A DNA stretch of 64,000 bases from an uncultured Gemmatimonadaceae bacterium (GTDB lineage: Bacteria > Gemmatimonadota > Gemmatimonadetes > Gemmatimonadales > Gemmatimonadaceae), in contig OY970320.1 in NCBI GenBank assembly GCA_963716745.1, forward strand, positions 512,001 to 576,000. The letters run 5' to 3'. This document shows positions 9,441 to 20,531 of this stretch, one piece after another. The translations under genes and the position numbers were made by a program. The stretch's first letter is position 1; each line of letters opens with the position of its first letter. The notes below the pieces were generated by a model that saw only the letters and a list, made by a program, of their open reading frames with translations, was not told where the DNA came from and did not search any database.

Positions 9441-10526
9441 ATGCTTCGCACTCTCTGCGCCGCGTTCGCGATCCTTGTCGCCGTGCCATCGCTCGCCGCG
9501 CAGGCATCGCTCGGCCCGAGCGACGATGCCACGATCGCACCACCCGGCGTCGTGCGCGCGCGGATCGGCAACTCGTGGAACAGCTACTACGAGACCCTCA
9601 CTCAGGGGCCGCAGTCGGCCAATGGGTACGTGCAGGTACGATATACGACGCTCAGCGCCGAGTTCGGCATCGCGCCGCGACTCTCGCTGATCGCGGTCGC
9701 GCCGGAAGCCGGCACGCTCGCGGCCACGGAGTGGCGGTCGAGCTACGGCTTCCAAGTGGACTCGTTCGTGAACACCTCGCACAACGGGATCGGCGATTTC
9801 GAGGTCGGCGCGAAAATCCAATGGCTGCGCGGCCCCGGTGAGTACGAGCGGCTGAACCTTACCGGTGTGCACGTGCGGAGCTCGCTCTCAGGATCGTGGC
9901 GGTTCGCCACCGGCACGGGCGACTATCCCGAGGTGCCGTTCAATGTGGGCACGGGCAGCCTGCGGCCCGCGTACACGCTCGGGTCCCAAACCGATCTCAT
10001 GATCGGCCACATTTTCTGGATCACCGCGGCGGGGCGCTATATCGCGCCGCAGAGCGCCACGGTGCCGGTGCTCGTGCATCCGCCGGGGCTGCCGCTCTCG
10101 AACATCTACGGCGTGATGGACGCGCAGGTGAGTGGCGGCAACTCGTACGTGCTCGAGGCGACGCCGCGCGCGGTGCTCGGCCCGTATTTCATGGTGGGAT
10201 TCCAGTACCAATATCTGAACAAAGCCGCGAACTCATACGTCGGCATGAAGACGGACACGATCGCGGGCAATCCGGTGGTCGTCAATGCCGCGACGCTCAA
10301 TGCGGCAAGCGCCGGCACGGCGCAAACGCTCTCCGGGATGATCACGTACTCCACCGTGGCGAGCTATCTCGAGCGCGGCGCCGGATTCCCGATCGAAGTG
10401 AGCTACCAGCACGTCTGGACGGTGAGCGCGACAGGCGCGACGCCGCCGAACGCGATCACGGACGTGGTGACGATCCGCTTTTGGGCAAGGCTCTGGGGCG
10501 GCTGGAAGCCGCAGCCGAAGAAGTAG
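9441..10526 (+). CDS. Exported/outer-membrane hypothetical protein
   Basis: Signal peptide MLRTLCAAFAILVAVPSLAAQA; amphipathic beta-strand pattern, 'GIGDFEVGAKIQW'. Confidence 0.65.
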   Translation: MLRTLCAAFAILVAVPSLAAQASLGPSDDATIAPPGVVRARIGNSWNSYYETLTQGPQSANGYVQVRYTTLSAEFGIAPRLSLIAVAPEAGTLAATEWRSSYGFQVDSFVNTSHNGIGDFEVGAKIQWLRGPGEYERLNLTGVHVRSSLSGSWRFATGTGDYPEVPFNVGTGSLRPAYTLGSQTDLMIGHIFWITAAGRYIAPQSATVPVLVHPPGLPLSNIYGVMDAQVSGGNSYVLEATPRAVLGPYFMVGFQYQYLNKAANSYVGMKTDTIAGNPVVVNAATLNAASAGTAQTLSGMITYSTVASYLERGAGFPIEVSYQHVWTVSATGATPPNAITDVVTIRFWARLWGGWKPQPKK

Positions 10527-12205
10527 CCTCCGCGCCGCGTGCCGCGGCACTCGCCAGCAATTCCTTCGCATGCGCGCGGCTCACCGCGCTCTCGGCATCG
10601 CCGCCGAGCATGCGCGCGATCTCGGTCACGCGTTCATCGGCGTCCACCACGCGTGTGTCGGCGGTGGTGATGCCGCCGCGTGCGCCCTTGCTCACCACGA
10701 TGTGATGGTGCGCCCGCGCGGCGATCTGCGGCAGATGCGAGATCGCGAGCACCTGATGGTGCGCAGCGACTTTGCGCATGGTGTCGCCCACTTGGAGGCC
10801 GACGGCGCCGCCGATGCCGGCGTCCACCTCGTCGAACACGAGCGTGGGCACTTCGTCGAGGCGCGCGAGGATGGTCTTGAGCGCGAGCATCACGCGCGAG
10901 AGTTCGCCGCCCGACGCGACGCGCGCGAGCGGGCGCGCATCGTGGCCCACGTTGAGCGCCACGCGGAACTCCACATCCTCGGCGCCCGTGGCCGCGATCT
11001 CCGCGCGCGGCGCGAGCGCGGCGCGGAAGTGGCCGTCGGGCATGCCGAGTTCGGGGAGGATCGCGTCCACCTCGCGCGCGAGACGCGCCGCGGCCTCGAC
11101 GCGCTTCTCGCTGAGCGCCGCCGCCGCGGTAGCGAGCGCGGCCCGCGCGGCATCGCGCTTCGTTTCCAGCTGGCGCAGGTCGAGCGAGGCGGTATCGACG
11201 AGATCGAGTTCGGCGCGGGCTTTGCGCACCGTCTCGATCGCCTCTTCCACGGTGGGTCCGTACTTCTTGAGCAGTTTGAACAAGCAGATCGCGGCGCGCC
11301 TGCACCGCTTCGAGCCGTGACGGATCGAGATCCACGCCGCGCGCGTACACATCCAGCTCGCGCGAGAGTTCCTGCAGCGCGTAGAAGCCGTTATCGAAGA
11401 TCTCCTGCAGCCGCGCGAGCGACGGATCGATACGCTGGATGTTCGCGAGCGAGCGCTGCACGTGCGCGAGCTGCGTGAGCGCCGAGGCCTCCTCGCCCTC
11501 GAGCGCCGCCGCCATGCCCGACGACAAGGTGCGCAGTTCGTCCGCGTGCTCGAGGCGGCGTGCCTCGTCCTCCAGCTTCGCTTCTTCGCCGGCGACGAGT
11601 TTAGCGTCCTCCAGCTCGCGCACGAGATGGCGCAGATAGTCGGCGCGCCGCTCGGCCTCAGCGCGGCGAGACGTGAGTTGCTCGATCTCGCGCGTGACCC
11701 CCGAGAGCGTTTCGTGCGCCGTGCGCACGCGCTGCGCGAGTGGCGATGCACCGCCGAACAGATCGAGGATGCGGCGCTGCGATTCGACATCCAGCAGCGA
11801 CTGCGCCTCGTGCTGCCCATGGAGGTTCACCAACGCGCGGCCGATCTCGGCGAGCACGCCGGCGGTGACCGTACCGCCGTTCACCCACGCTCGCCCGCGG
11901 CCGCTCGCCGCGATCTCGCGCTTGAGCACCACCGTAGTGCCATCCATCTCGACGCCGCGCTCGTCGAGCAGCGCGAGCAATTCGCGCCGCCCTTCGGCGT
12001 CGAACACGCCTTCCACCGTCGCCTTGTCGGCGCCCGTGCGGATGAGATCGGCGCTCGCGCGCTCGCCGAGCAGCAGCGCCAACGCGCCGACAATGATCGA
12101 TTTCCCCGCGCCCGTCTCGCCGGTGAGCACGTTGAAGCCGCCGGCGAGCGGCAGCGTGAGGCCGTCGATGATCGCGAAGTTGCGGATGCGCAGTTCGATG
12201 AGCAC
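10456..12205 (-). CDS. recN: DNA repair protein RecN (frameshift near 11285)
   Basis: TGETGAGKS Walker A; SGGELSR and FDEVDAGIGG in the second frame. Confidence 0.93.
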
Positions 12206-12207
12206 GG

Positions 12208-13065
12208 CTAGACCTCGTCGCGTTCCGGCAGACCGCCCCAGCCAAGCTTCCGGCGCATGCGCGCGAAGAACGATCCGTCGCGGAAGCGGACGACGAGCAC
12301 CGGCCGGTCGGCGCGGCGCACGGAGAGTGAATCGCCCGGCACGAAGGTAGTGCCTACCTGCCCGTCGATCGTCACCAGAAGTTCATCCGGCGAATCATCC
12401 GCTTGCAACAGGATGTCGGCGGTGGGCGCGAGCACCACCGGCCGCACCGCGAGCGTATGCGGCGAGATCGGCGTGAGAATGATCGAATCCACCGTGGGCA
12501 CCACCACGGGCCCGCCCGCGGAAAGACTGTACGCCGTTGAGCCGGTCGGCGTGGCGACGATGAGCCCATCGGATGCGAACGCGCCGATGAGTTCGCCGTC
12601 CACCGTGGCACGGAGCCGCACTACGCGCGCGCGCCCGCTCTTGTGCAGCACCACATCGTTCAGCGCGCGCCACCGTGTGTCGGGCTCGCGATTGGTGCGT
12701 GCCTCGAGCGCCATGCGCGGCTCCACGATGAAATCGTTCGCCGCGAGCAGGGTGAGCGCGCGGTCGAGATCCTCGCCGCCGGTGGCGGTGAGAAAGCCGA
12801 GGCGCCCGAGGTTCACGCCGAGGATCGGCACTTGGCGCGCGCCCACGAGCCGCGCGCCGCGCAGCATCGTGCCGTCGCCGCCAAGCGTGAGCAGTATGTC
12901 GATGCGTGTGGCGGCATCGAGGCGCTCGGCGCCGGGCGCCGCGCCGGCAATATCCTCCTCGAGCACGAGCGTCATGCCGAGTTGCGGCGCGCGCGCGGTG
13001 AGGAGTCGCAAGATGGCCGGGAGTCCCTCGTAACGAAGGTTCCCGACGACGCCGATCCGCGTCAC
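12208..13065 (-). CDS. nadK: NAD+ kinase
   Basis: GGDGT, LGFL, TPTGSTAYSLSAGGP motifs. Confidence 0.95.
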   Translation of the reverse strand: MTRIGVVGNLRYEGLPAILRLLTARAPQLGMTLVLEEDIAGAAPGAERLDAATRIDILLTLGGDGTMLRGARLVGARQVPILGVNLGRLGFLTATGGEDLDRALTLLAANDFIVEPRMALEARTNREPDTRWRALNDVVLHKSGRARVVRLRATVDGELIGAFASDGLIVATPTGSTAYSLSAGGPVVVPTVDSIILTPISPHTLAVRPVVLAPTADILLQADDSPDELLVTIDGQVGTTFVPGDSLSVRRADRPVLVVRFRDGSFFARMRRKLGWGGLPERDEV

Positions 13066-14942
13066 CCCGCCACCGCTTCGCTCTCGAGCAGCGCGCGCAC
13101 GCGGGCCGCGATGCCGGCGGCATCGAGGCCGGTCCACTTGAGTTGCACTTTACGGGGCGCCTGCTCGATGAACCGGTCGGGCACGCCGTGCACGCTCACG
13201 CGGATCGCCGGGTCGATCGCGCCGATCACGCTCGACATGTACGCGCCGAAGCCGTTCACCACCGTGCCCTCTTCCACTGTGAGGATGTTCCGGTGCGTCG
13301 CGGCGATCGCGTGCAGCGTCACCTCATCGTACGGCTTGATGAAGCGGCAATTCACCACGGTGAGATTGAGTCCTTCGGCCGCCAGCGCCTTCGCCGCGGC
13401 GAGCGCCGGCAGCACCATCGTGCCGGTGGCGAGCACGGCGAACTCCTTGCCCTGGCGCAGCACTTCCCATGTCGCGAAGGGCGTCGCCGGGATGTCGTAC
13501 GCCTTCACCGGCGCGTCCGGCACCGCGTCGCGCGGATAGCGCAGCGCGAAGGGGCCCGAGGTATGCGCGAGCCCCGAGCGCAGCAGCGCGATCATCTCGG
13601 TGCCGTCCTTCGGCGCCGTGACCACCATGCCGGGCACCGCGAGCAGATACGCGATGTCGTAGAGGCCCATGTGCGTCGGCCCGTCTTCGCCCACGAGACC
13701 CGCGCGATCCATCGCGAAGATCACCGGCAGCTTCTGGATGCCCACGTCGTGGATGATGTTGTCGTACGCGCGCTGCAGGAATGTGGAATAGATCGCGCAC
13801 ACCGGGCGCTGTCCGCCCGCCGCGAGACCCGCCGCGAACGTCACCGCATGCCCCTCCGCGATGCCCACATCGAAGAACCGCTCCGGATATGCCTTGGCGA
13901 AGATGCCCGCGCCCGTGCCGGCGGGCATCGCGGCCGTGAGTACGACGAGCTTTGGCTCGATGGCGCCGAGTTCCGTGAGCGCCTGGCCGATCACCGCGGT
14001 GTACGCCGGATTCGCTTGCGACGGCTGCTTCTGCTTGCCGGTGGCCGGATCGTGTCCCGCCGGCAGCGCATGCCACTTCTCGTGATGCTCGCCCGCGGGG
14101 AATCCCTTTCCCTTCTTCGTGATCACGTGCACGAGGCGCGGGCCGTGCAGGGACTTCACCGCCGATAGCGTGTCCACGAGCATGTCCATATCGTGGCCAT
14201 CCACGGGGCCGAAGTAGCGGAAGCCGAGTTCCTCGAAGAGCACGCCGGGCGTGAGGAAATTCTTGACGCTCTCCTCCCACCGCTTCACGAGGTGACTCAC
14301 CGCCGGGAACTCGCTCACCATGCTCCCGATCTTCTCGCGCAGCCGGTTGTAGATGGGATTGCGCTGCACGCTGTTCAGGTAGCGCGAGATCGCGCCGACG
14401 TTCGGCGCGATCGACATGTCGTTGTCGTTCAGGATGACGATGATGTCGCGTCCGCTCGCGCCGGCGTTGTTCAATCCCTCGTACGACAATCCGCTGGTGA
14501 GCGCGCCATCGCCCAGGATCGCGACCACGCGATGGTCCTGGCCCGCGAGATCGCGCGCGACGGCGAAGCCGAAGGCCGCCGAGATCGCGGTGGCCGCATG
14601 ACCGGCACCGAAGGAATCGTAAGGGCTCTCGTCGCGCTTGAGGAATCCGGAGATGCCGCCTTCCTGACGGAGCGTCTCGAACTCCGCCTTCCGCCCCGTG
14701 AGCATCTTGTGCGGGTATCCCTGATGGCCCACGTCCCACACGAGCTGGTCGCGCGGCGTGTCGAACACGTGATGCAGCGCCACCGTGAGCTCCACGACGC
14801 CCAGTCCCGCGCCAATGTGGCCGCCGGTGCGCGAACAGGAATCGATCAGAGCGGCACGCACGTCATCCGCGAGCACGCGCAGTTCATCGCGCGTGAGCGG
14901 CTTGAGATCGGCGGGCAGATTGACGCGGTCGAGAACGGACAT
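13062..14942 (-). CDS. dxs: 1-deoxy-D-xylulose-5-phosphate synthase
   Basis: WDVGHQGYPHK, GDGALT, DRAGLVGEDGPTH. Confidence 0.97.
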   Translation of the reverse strand: MSVLDRVNLPADLKPLTRDELRVLADDVRAALIDSCSRTGGHIGAGLGVVELTVALHHVFDTPRDQLVWDVGHQGYPHKMLTGRKAEFETLRQEGGISGFLKRDESPYDSFGAGHAATAISAAFGFAVARDLAGQDHRVVAILGDGALTSGLSYEGLNNAGASGRDIIVILNDNDMSIAPNVGAISRYLNSVQRNPIYNRLREKIGSMVSEFPAVSHLVKRWEESVKNFLTPGVLFEELGFRYFGPVDGHDMDMLVDTLSAVKSLHGPRLVHVITKKGKGFPAGEHHEKWHALPAGHDPATGKQKQPSQANPAYTAVIGQALTELGAIEPKLVVLTAAMPAGTGAGIFAKAYPERFFDVGIAEGHAVTFAAGLAAGGQRPVCAIYSTFLQRAYDNIIHDVGIQKLPVIFAMDRAGLVGEDGPTHMGLYDIAYLLAVPGMVVTAPKDGTEMIALLRSGLAHTSGPFALRYPRDAVPDAPVKAYDIPATPFATWEVLRQGKEFAVLATGTMVLPALAAAKALAAEGLNLTVVNCRFIKPYDEVTLHAIAATHRNILTVEEGTVVNGFGAYMSSVIGAIDPAIRVSVHGVPDRFIEQAPRKVQLKWTGLDAAGIAARVRALLESEAVAG

Positions 14943-14960
14943 CAGGGGTACGGTTCGGGT

Positions 14961-15842
14961 TCAGCTGGGACGCGCCACCGAGTAGCGCGCGAGATACGCG
15001 AGCTCCTCGGCCTGCACGCCGCCGGCCGTGAGCGCGGCGCATGCTTCCTCGGCGAGCGCGGCCGCGCGCGCGCGCGCTCCATCCACTCCGAGCAGCGCGG
15101 GATAGGTGCGCTTGCCGCGCTCCGCATCCCGCCCCGCCGTCTTGCCGAGCGCCTCGGTGGTGGCCGTGGCGTCGAGCACATCATCCGCGATCTGGAACGC
15201 GAGGCCCACCGCCTCGCCGTACTTCGTGAGCGCCTCCATGCCTCCGTCGCTCACCGATGCCGCGAGTCCGCCGATGCGCACCGCCGCGCGGATCAGCGCG
15301 CCGGTCTTCGCGCGATGGATCCGTTCGAGCTCGCGCACGCTCAGATCGCGCCCTTCCGTCTCGAGGTCGAGCAACTGACCGCCCACCATCCCGCCCGCTC
15401 CCGAAGCACTCATGAGCTCACGAACAATGGCGCGTCGCGGGGCACCGGGCAACCCGAGCGCGAGCGCGCCTTCGAGCGCCGCGCGGGCCGCGAGCGGCAC
15501 CATCGCCACGCCCGCCACTGTGGCCACCGGCGCGCCATATACGACGTGCGTCGTCGGCCGGCCGCGTCGCACCGCATCGTCGTCCATGCACGGCAGATCG
15601 TCGTGCACCAGCGAGTAGGCGTGCACCACCTCCACCGCGCCGGCGAGGAGCGTCGCGTTCGCGGTGCCGCCGCAGGCGCGGTACGACGCCAGCACGAGCA
15701 GCGGACGGAGCCGCTTCCCCTCCCCGAGCAGGCTGTAGCGCACCGCCTGCCCCACGACGGGAGGCACGTTCGCGAGCGCGCGGTCGCAGAGGGCGAGGAG
15801 CGCGGCATCGACCGCGGCGCGGTCGCCCGCCAGCGAGGTCAA
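14961..15842 (-). CDS. ispA: Farnesyl/geranyl diphosphate synthase
   Basis: GKRLRP, HDDLPCMDDD..RRG, FQIADD; position xseB-ispA-dxs. Confidence 0.92.
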   Translation of the reverse strand: MTSLAGDRAAVDAALLALCDRALANVPPVVGQAVRYSLLGEGKRLRPLLVLASYRACGGTANATLLAGAVEVVHAYSLVHDDLPCMDDDAVRRGRPTTHVVYGAPVATVAGVAMVPLAARAALEGALALGLPGAPRRAIVRELMSASGAGGMVGGQLLDLETEGRDLSVRELERIHRAKTGALIRAAVRIGGLAASVSDGGMEALTKYGEAVGLAFQIADDVLDATATTEALGKTAGRDAERGKRTYPALLGVDGARARAAALAEEACAALTAGGVQAEELAYLARYSVARPS

Positions 15843-15846
15843 GCGC

Positions 15847-16053
15847 TCAGTCGCCGGCGAGCGAGACGCCGCCGTCGGCCTTCTCGACCAGCCGCTGCAC
15901 CTTGCCCTCGGCGTCCGCGAGCGCAGCGGCGGCGAGCCGCAGCTTCTCGACGCCCTCCTCGAACAGCGTGAGCGCGCGGTCGAGCGGCATCTCCTCCCGC
16001 TCGAGTTGCGCGACGATCGCCTCGATGCGCGCGAGATCATCTTCGAATGCCAT
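15847..16053 (-). CDS. xseB: Exodeoxyribonuclease VII small subunit
   Basis: FE..LARIEAIV..LE...PLD.AL.LFEEG. Confidence 0.92.
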   Translation of the reverse strand: MAFEDDLARIEAIVAQLEREEMPLDRALTLFEEGVEKLRLAAAALADAEGKVQRLVEKADGGVSLAGD

Positions 16054-16056
16054 CGG

Positions 16057-17218
16057 CTACTCCGTGGGTCCGTCCGACGTGGCGCGCACCGCGCCGTCGC
16101 GCAGCACGAGATCGAATCGCGCGCCGTGCGGGAGTGCCGCGGCGCTGGTGATCGGGTGGTGCGTCGCGGCGTCGCGCGCCACCGCATAGCCGCGCTCGAG
16201 CGTCGCCAGCGGACTGAGCGCATGCAAACGTCCTCCCGCCGCACCGAGCGAGGCGCGGCGCCGTTCGAGTCCTCGCGTCGCCGCGGTGCGAATATCGCGC
16301 TGCGCCCGAGTGACGCGCTCGCGCATCGCGGTGGCGCGCCGCACGAGCGCCGCGCGCAGACGTGATGCGCGCTGCGACATGTCGCGCCGCAGCGCCGCGA
16401 CGTCGGGCACCGCGGCCTCGGCGGCCGCACTTGGCGTGGCCGCGCGCAGGTCGGCCACCAGGTCGCAGAGCGAGATGTCCGTCTCATGGCCTACCGCACT
16501 GATCGTAGGCACCAGACACGCCGCGAGCGCGCGCGCGACCGCTTCCTCGTTGAACGCCTGCAGGTCCTCGCGAGAACCACCGCCCCGTCCCACGATCACG
16601 ACGTCCGCCTTGCCCCAGCGGCCGACGCGCTCGATCGCCGCGATGATCTCTTCCATGGCGCCCTCGCCCTGCACCTTGGCCGCGACCACCACGATCGTCA
16701 CACTCGGACAGCGCCGCTTGATCACCGTGACGATGTCGTGCAGCGCCGCGCCGTCGGGACTCGTCACGACCGCCACGATCCGCGGTATCTGCGGGATCCG
16801 GCGTTTGCGCCCGGGCGCGAGCAGCCCGTCGCGCGTCGAGGCGTGCACGCGCCAATTCGAAGCGCCGCCGCCACAATCCTTCGCCGGCCGCTTCCATCGC
16901 CGTCACGACGAAGCTGAATTCCCCAGTCGCTTCCCAGAAATTCACCTTGCCGTACGCACTGATCTGGTCGCCGACGGCCGGCGGCGCGGGGATGCGCGAC
17001 GTGGCGTACTTCCACACTTTGCATCGCAGCGTGGCGTCGCCGTCCTTGAGCGTGAAATACCAATGGCCGTTGCGATGCGGCTTGAACTCCACCACTTCGC
17101 CGCGCAGCCAGAGCGCCTCGAACGCGCCCTCGATGATCTCCTTGGCCGCGCCGAGGAACGCGCCGACTCCCAGCGCGCTCTCGGCAGTGGCGCCGGGAAG
17201 CGACGCGCGCGCGGTCAT
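16057..17218 (-). CDS. xseA: Exodeoxyribonuclease VII large subunit (frameshift near 16845)
   Basis: [11 protein letters not shown] fold; [26 protein letters not shown]. Confidence 0.92.
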
Positions 17219-18123
17219 GCCGTGGCGCTCCGCTCCGCGGCGCGCACCGTGTTCTGCAGCAGCATCGCGATCGTCATCGGGCCCACGCCGCCCGGCACGG
17301 GCGTGATCTTCGAGGCCACCGCGCTCGCGCTCGCGAAGTCCACGTCGCCCACGAGCCGCGTGCCGTTCTTGGCGGTGGCGTCCGCGATCCGGTTGATGCC
17401 CACATCGATCACCACCGCACCCGGCTTCACCATGTCACCCGTGACCATGTTCGGCTTGCCCGCGGCCACGATGAGGATGTCGGCGCGGCGCGTGTGCGAC
17501 GCGAGATCCTTCGTCGCGCTGTGGCACACGGTGGTCGTCGCGTTCGCGCCTTCGCGCTGCTGCACCATGAGCGCCATCATCGGCTTGCCCACGATGTTGC
17601 TGCGCCCTACGATCACGCACTCGGCACCCTTCGTTTGCACGCCGCTGCGGATGAGCATCTCGAGCACGCCGGCCGGCGTGCACGGCACGAAACCGTCGCG
17701 CTCGCCAATCAGATTCTTCCCGACGTTCACCGGATGGAATCCGTCGACATCCTTCTCCGGCTTGATCGCGCGGATGATCGCGTCCGGATCGATGTGCTTG
17801 GGCAGCGGCATCTGCACGAGGATCCCGTGGATCGCCTTGTCGGCGTTCAGCGCCTGCACCTGCGCGAGCAGCGCCGCCTGCGTCGTCTCGGCGGGCAACC
17901 GGATCGTCACCGAGTGCATGCCGGCCTCTTCGGTCGCCTTCCCCTTCGCGCGCACGTAGACGGCGCTCGCGGGATCCTCGCCCACGAGCACCACCGCGAG
18001 CCCCGGCCTCACGCCGCGCGCGATGAGCGCGCGCGCTTTCTCCGCGGCCTCGGTGCGGATCGCGAGCGCGATCGCCGTGCCGTCGATCCGCTCAGCGGGC
18101 AAAGTCCACCGCCCTTTGCTCAC
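17215..18123 (-). CDS. folD: Bifunctional methylenetetrahydrofolate dehydrogenase/cyclohydrolase
   Basis: [33 protein letters not shown]. Confidence 0.97.
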   Translation of the reverse strand: MSKGRWTLPAERIDGTAIALAIRTEAAEKARALIARGVRPGLAVVLVGEDPASAVYVRAKGKATEEAGMHSVTIRLPAETTQAALLAQVQALNADKAIHGILVQMPLPKHIDPDAIIRAIKPEKDVDGFHPVNVGKNLIGERDGFVPCTPAGVLEMLIRSGVQTKGAECVIVGRSNIVGKPMMALMVQQREGANATTTVCHSATKDLASHTRRADILIVAAGKPNMVTGDMVKPGAVVIDVGINRIADATAKNGTRLVGDVDFASASAVASKITPVPGGVGPMTIAMLLQNTVRAAERSATA

Positions 18124-19675
18124 GGATCGTGACCACCTTGATCTGCCCGGGATATTGCAGCTCGCCCTCGATGCGGCGCGCGATCTCCTCGGTGAGCGAC
18201 GTCATACGTTGCTCGTTCACCATGTCGGAATTCACGATCACGCGGATCTCGCGGCCCGCCTGGATCGCGAACACCTTCTCCACGCCGGTGTAGCTGGACG
18301 CGATGCGCTCGAGTCCCTCGAGGCGCTTGACGTACGTCTCGAACGCCTCGCGCCTCGCGCCCGGGCGCGATCCCGAGATCGCGTCGGCCGCCTGCACCAG
18401 CACTGACATCTCGCTCTCGTGCGGCACGTCGTCGTGGTGCGCCGCGATCGCGTTCACCACGAGCGGATGTTCGCCGTAGCGCGTGGCGACTTCCACGCCG
18501 AGCTGCACGTGCGTGCCCTCGTGCTCGTGCGTGAGCACCTTGCCCACGTCGTGCAGCAGCGCCGCGCGCTTCGCCATCACGACATCCAGCCCGAGCTCCG
18601 CCGCCATGATGCCGGCGAGGTGCGCGACCTCCTTCGAGTGCTGCAGGATGTTCTGGCCGTAGCTCGTGCGCCACCGCATGCGGCCGATGAGCTTCACGAG
18701 TTCCGGGTGGATCCCGTGCGCGCCGAGTTCGTACGCCGCCTGCTCGCCGAGCTCCTGGATCTGTGCGTCCACTTCCTTGCGCGCCTTGGCGACCACCTCT
18801 TCGATGCGCCCTGGATGGATTCGCCCGTCGGCGACGAGCTTGGACAGCGCGTTGCGCGCGACCTCGCGCCGCACCGGTTCGAACGCCGAGACGACCACCG
18901 TGTCGGGCGTATCATCGATGATGACGTCGACACCCGTGGCCAGTTCGAACGCGCGAATGTTCCGCCCTTCGCGGCCGATGATGCGTCCCTTCATCTCATC
19001 GTTCGGGAGCGCCACGCTCGACACGCTGATCTCCGACGTGTGCTCACTCGCGATCCGCTGCACGGCGAGCGCGACGATCTTCTTCGCCTCGCGCTCGGCG
19101 TTGCGCTTCGCGTTCTCACGGATCTCGCGGATCTGGTTCGCGGCCTCCGCCTGCGCTTCTTCGGCGAGCCGCGCGATCAGCTCCGACTTGGCGGTCGCGG
19201 CGGACATCCCGGCCAGCGACTCGAGGCGGTGCCGTTCCTCGGCGACGAGCTTCTCGAGTTCGAGCGCGCGATCCTCGATGAATTTCTCGCGGCGGCCGAG
19301 GTCCGTCGCGCGACGGCCGATCTCCTTGTCGCGCCCTTCGATCATGTCGAGCTTGCGGTCGAGCGTCGTGTCGCGCTCCTGGATCCGGCGCTCCGCGGCC
19401 TGGATCTCCTCGCGACGCTTGTTCCCCTCGAGCTCCCACGCCTCGCGCAGGCGGATCGTCTCTTCCTTGCCGGCGACTACCGCGGATTTCCGCAGCGTCT
19501 CGGCCTCGCGGCTGGCGTCCTCGAGAATGCGGCGCGAGGTCTCCTCGGCGGTGGCGCGGGCGGCGACTTGCGCTTTTCGCTCAGCGCGGCGGCCAGAGGA
19601 CCTTCCGATGAAAAAAAAGACCGCGGCGGCGACAAGAACTGTCCCGAGCGCGGCCAAAAGCGCGGCATTCTGCAT
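18092..19675 (-). CDS. rny: Ribonuclease Y
   Basis: N-terminal TM, coiled coil, KH domain ([13 protein letters not shown]), HD domain (LLHDVGK). Confidence 0.97.
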   Translation of the reverse strand: MQNAALLAALGTVLVAAAVFFFIGRSSGRRAERKAQVAARATAEETSRRILEDASREAETLRKSAVVAGKEETIRLREAWELEGNKRREEIQAAERRIQERDTTLDRKLDMIEGRDKEIGRRATDLGRREKFIEDRALELEKLVAEERHRLESLAGMSAATAKSELIARLAEEAQAEAANQIREIRENAKRNAEREAKKIVALAVQRIASEHTSEISVSSVALPNDEMKGRIIGREGRNIRAFELATGVDVIIDDTPDTVVVSAFEPVRREVARNALSKLVADGRIHPGRIEEVVAKARKEVDAQIQELGEQAAYELGAHGIHPELVKLIGRMRWRTSYGQNILQHSKEVAHLAGIMAAELGLDVVMAKRAALLHDVGKVLTHEHEGTHVQLGVEVATRYGEHPLVVNAIAAHHDDVPHESEMSVLVQAADAISGSRPGARREAFETYVKRLEGLERIASSYTGVEKVFAIQAGREIRVIVNSDMVNEQRMTSLTEEIARRIEGELQYPGQIKVVTIREQRAVDFAR

Positions 19676-19713
19676 GCGATACGACTCCAGCGCGGTCGAG
19701 CCGCGCAAAATGG

Positions 19714-19837
19714 GGTCACACGTCGGCCTGGCGACTCACCGCGATCAACCCCGAACGGCCGGTCGGGCGCCGACGTAGGGCGCGGGATGGGGCGTTCATG
19801 GTGCTGACCGGACCGGAAAGCCATCGGGCCGGGTACC
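19714..19837 (-). ncRNA. Putative structured RNA at the 6S RNA (ssrS) locus
   Basis: Between zapA and rny, behind its own promoter; ends and internal segments are complementary; shorter than typical 6S. Confidence 0.45.
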
Positions 19838-19843
19838 TGCTCT

Positions 19844-19872
19844 AACCTACGAGAGCCGCCCGCCTTTCACAA
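19844..19872 (-). promoter_or_regulatory. Putative sigma70 promoter for the ncRNA/rny transcript
   Basis: TTGTGA-N17-TAGGTT. Confidence 0.55.
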
Positions 19873-19876
19873 TGCC

Positions 19877-19962
19877 ACGGCGGGCTGTTGGCTGTCGGCT
19901 GTCGCCTGCGTTCGCCGTTCGCAGTCCGCCGGCCACAGCCGACAGCCGACAGTCCGCCGTTA
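19877..19962. repeat. Heptamer (GCTGTCG)n inverted-repeat element, copy 1
   Basis: ACGGCGGGCTGTTGGCTGTCGGCTGT...ACAGCCGACAGCCGACAGTCCGCCGT; similar to 60954-61070. Confidence 0.85.
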
Positions 19963-20247
19963 TCTTTTTCCCGGCGGCAGCATCCTCTTCACCTCGGCGC
20001 TGAGTGCCTTCAGCTCCTCGGCGAACTGCACCCGCATCGCCCGCTCCTTGAGCAGTTCGTCCGTGATCTGGAGAGCGCCGAGGATGGCGGCCTTGCGGGG
20101 ATCGGCGGCGGCGCCGGCGCTCTGCACCGACCGGATCGCGTGATCCACGATCCTCGCGGCGGCGTTGGTGTGCTCCGGCGGATCGTCGCTGCGCAGCGTG
20201 TAGTCCTCGCCGACGATCGTGACCTTCACGGAGTTCTTCTTGGTCAT
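19960..20247 (-). CDS. zapA: Cell division protein ZapA
   Basis: VKVTIVGEDYTLR...AILGALQITDEL; position after pheT. Confidence 0.88.
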   Translation of the reverse strand: MTKKNSVKVTIVGEDYTLRSDDPPEHTNAAARIVDHAIRSVQSAGAAADPRKAAILGALQITDELLKERAMRVQFAEELKALSAEVKRMLPPGKR

Positions 20248-20531
20248 CGCTCGGCTCCCTGCTGGCGGAGGAAGCGCACGCGGTCGAGCAGTTGTTTGGT
20301 GCGCTTCTTCGCCGCGTCGAGCCGGTGCTTGAGCTCGCGGTTCTCCTTCTCGAGCGCGTCGATGCCGGGGCCGGTGCCGAGATGCTTGAGCGCACCGGGC
20401 GCGACTTCCTTCAGGCGCGCCTCCGCCTCGTGCGCGCGGCGGCGCCACGCGGCCATCTCGTCCCCGAGGGCGCGAATGAGTTGGTCGAGTTCCTGCAGTG
20501 CGGCCTGGTCAGGTCGTTCGCTGTCGGACAC
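20244..20531 (-). CDS. ZapB-like coiled-coil protein
   Basis: Coiled coil 'LEKENRELKHRL' between pheT and zapA. Confidence 0.65.
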   Translation of the reverse strand: MSDSERPDQAALQELDQLIRALGDEMAAWRRRAHEAEARLKEVAPGALKHLGTGPGIDALEKENRELKHRLDAAKKRTKQLLDRVRFLRQQGAER

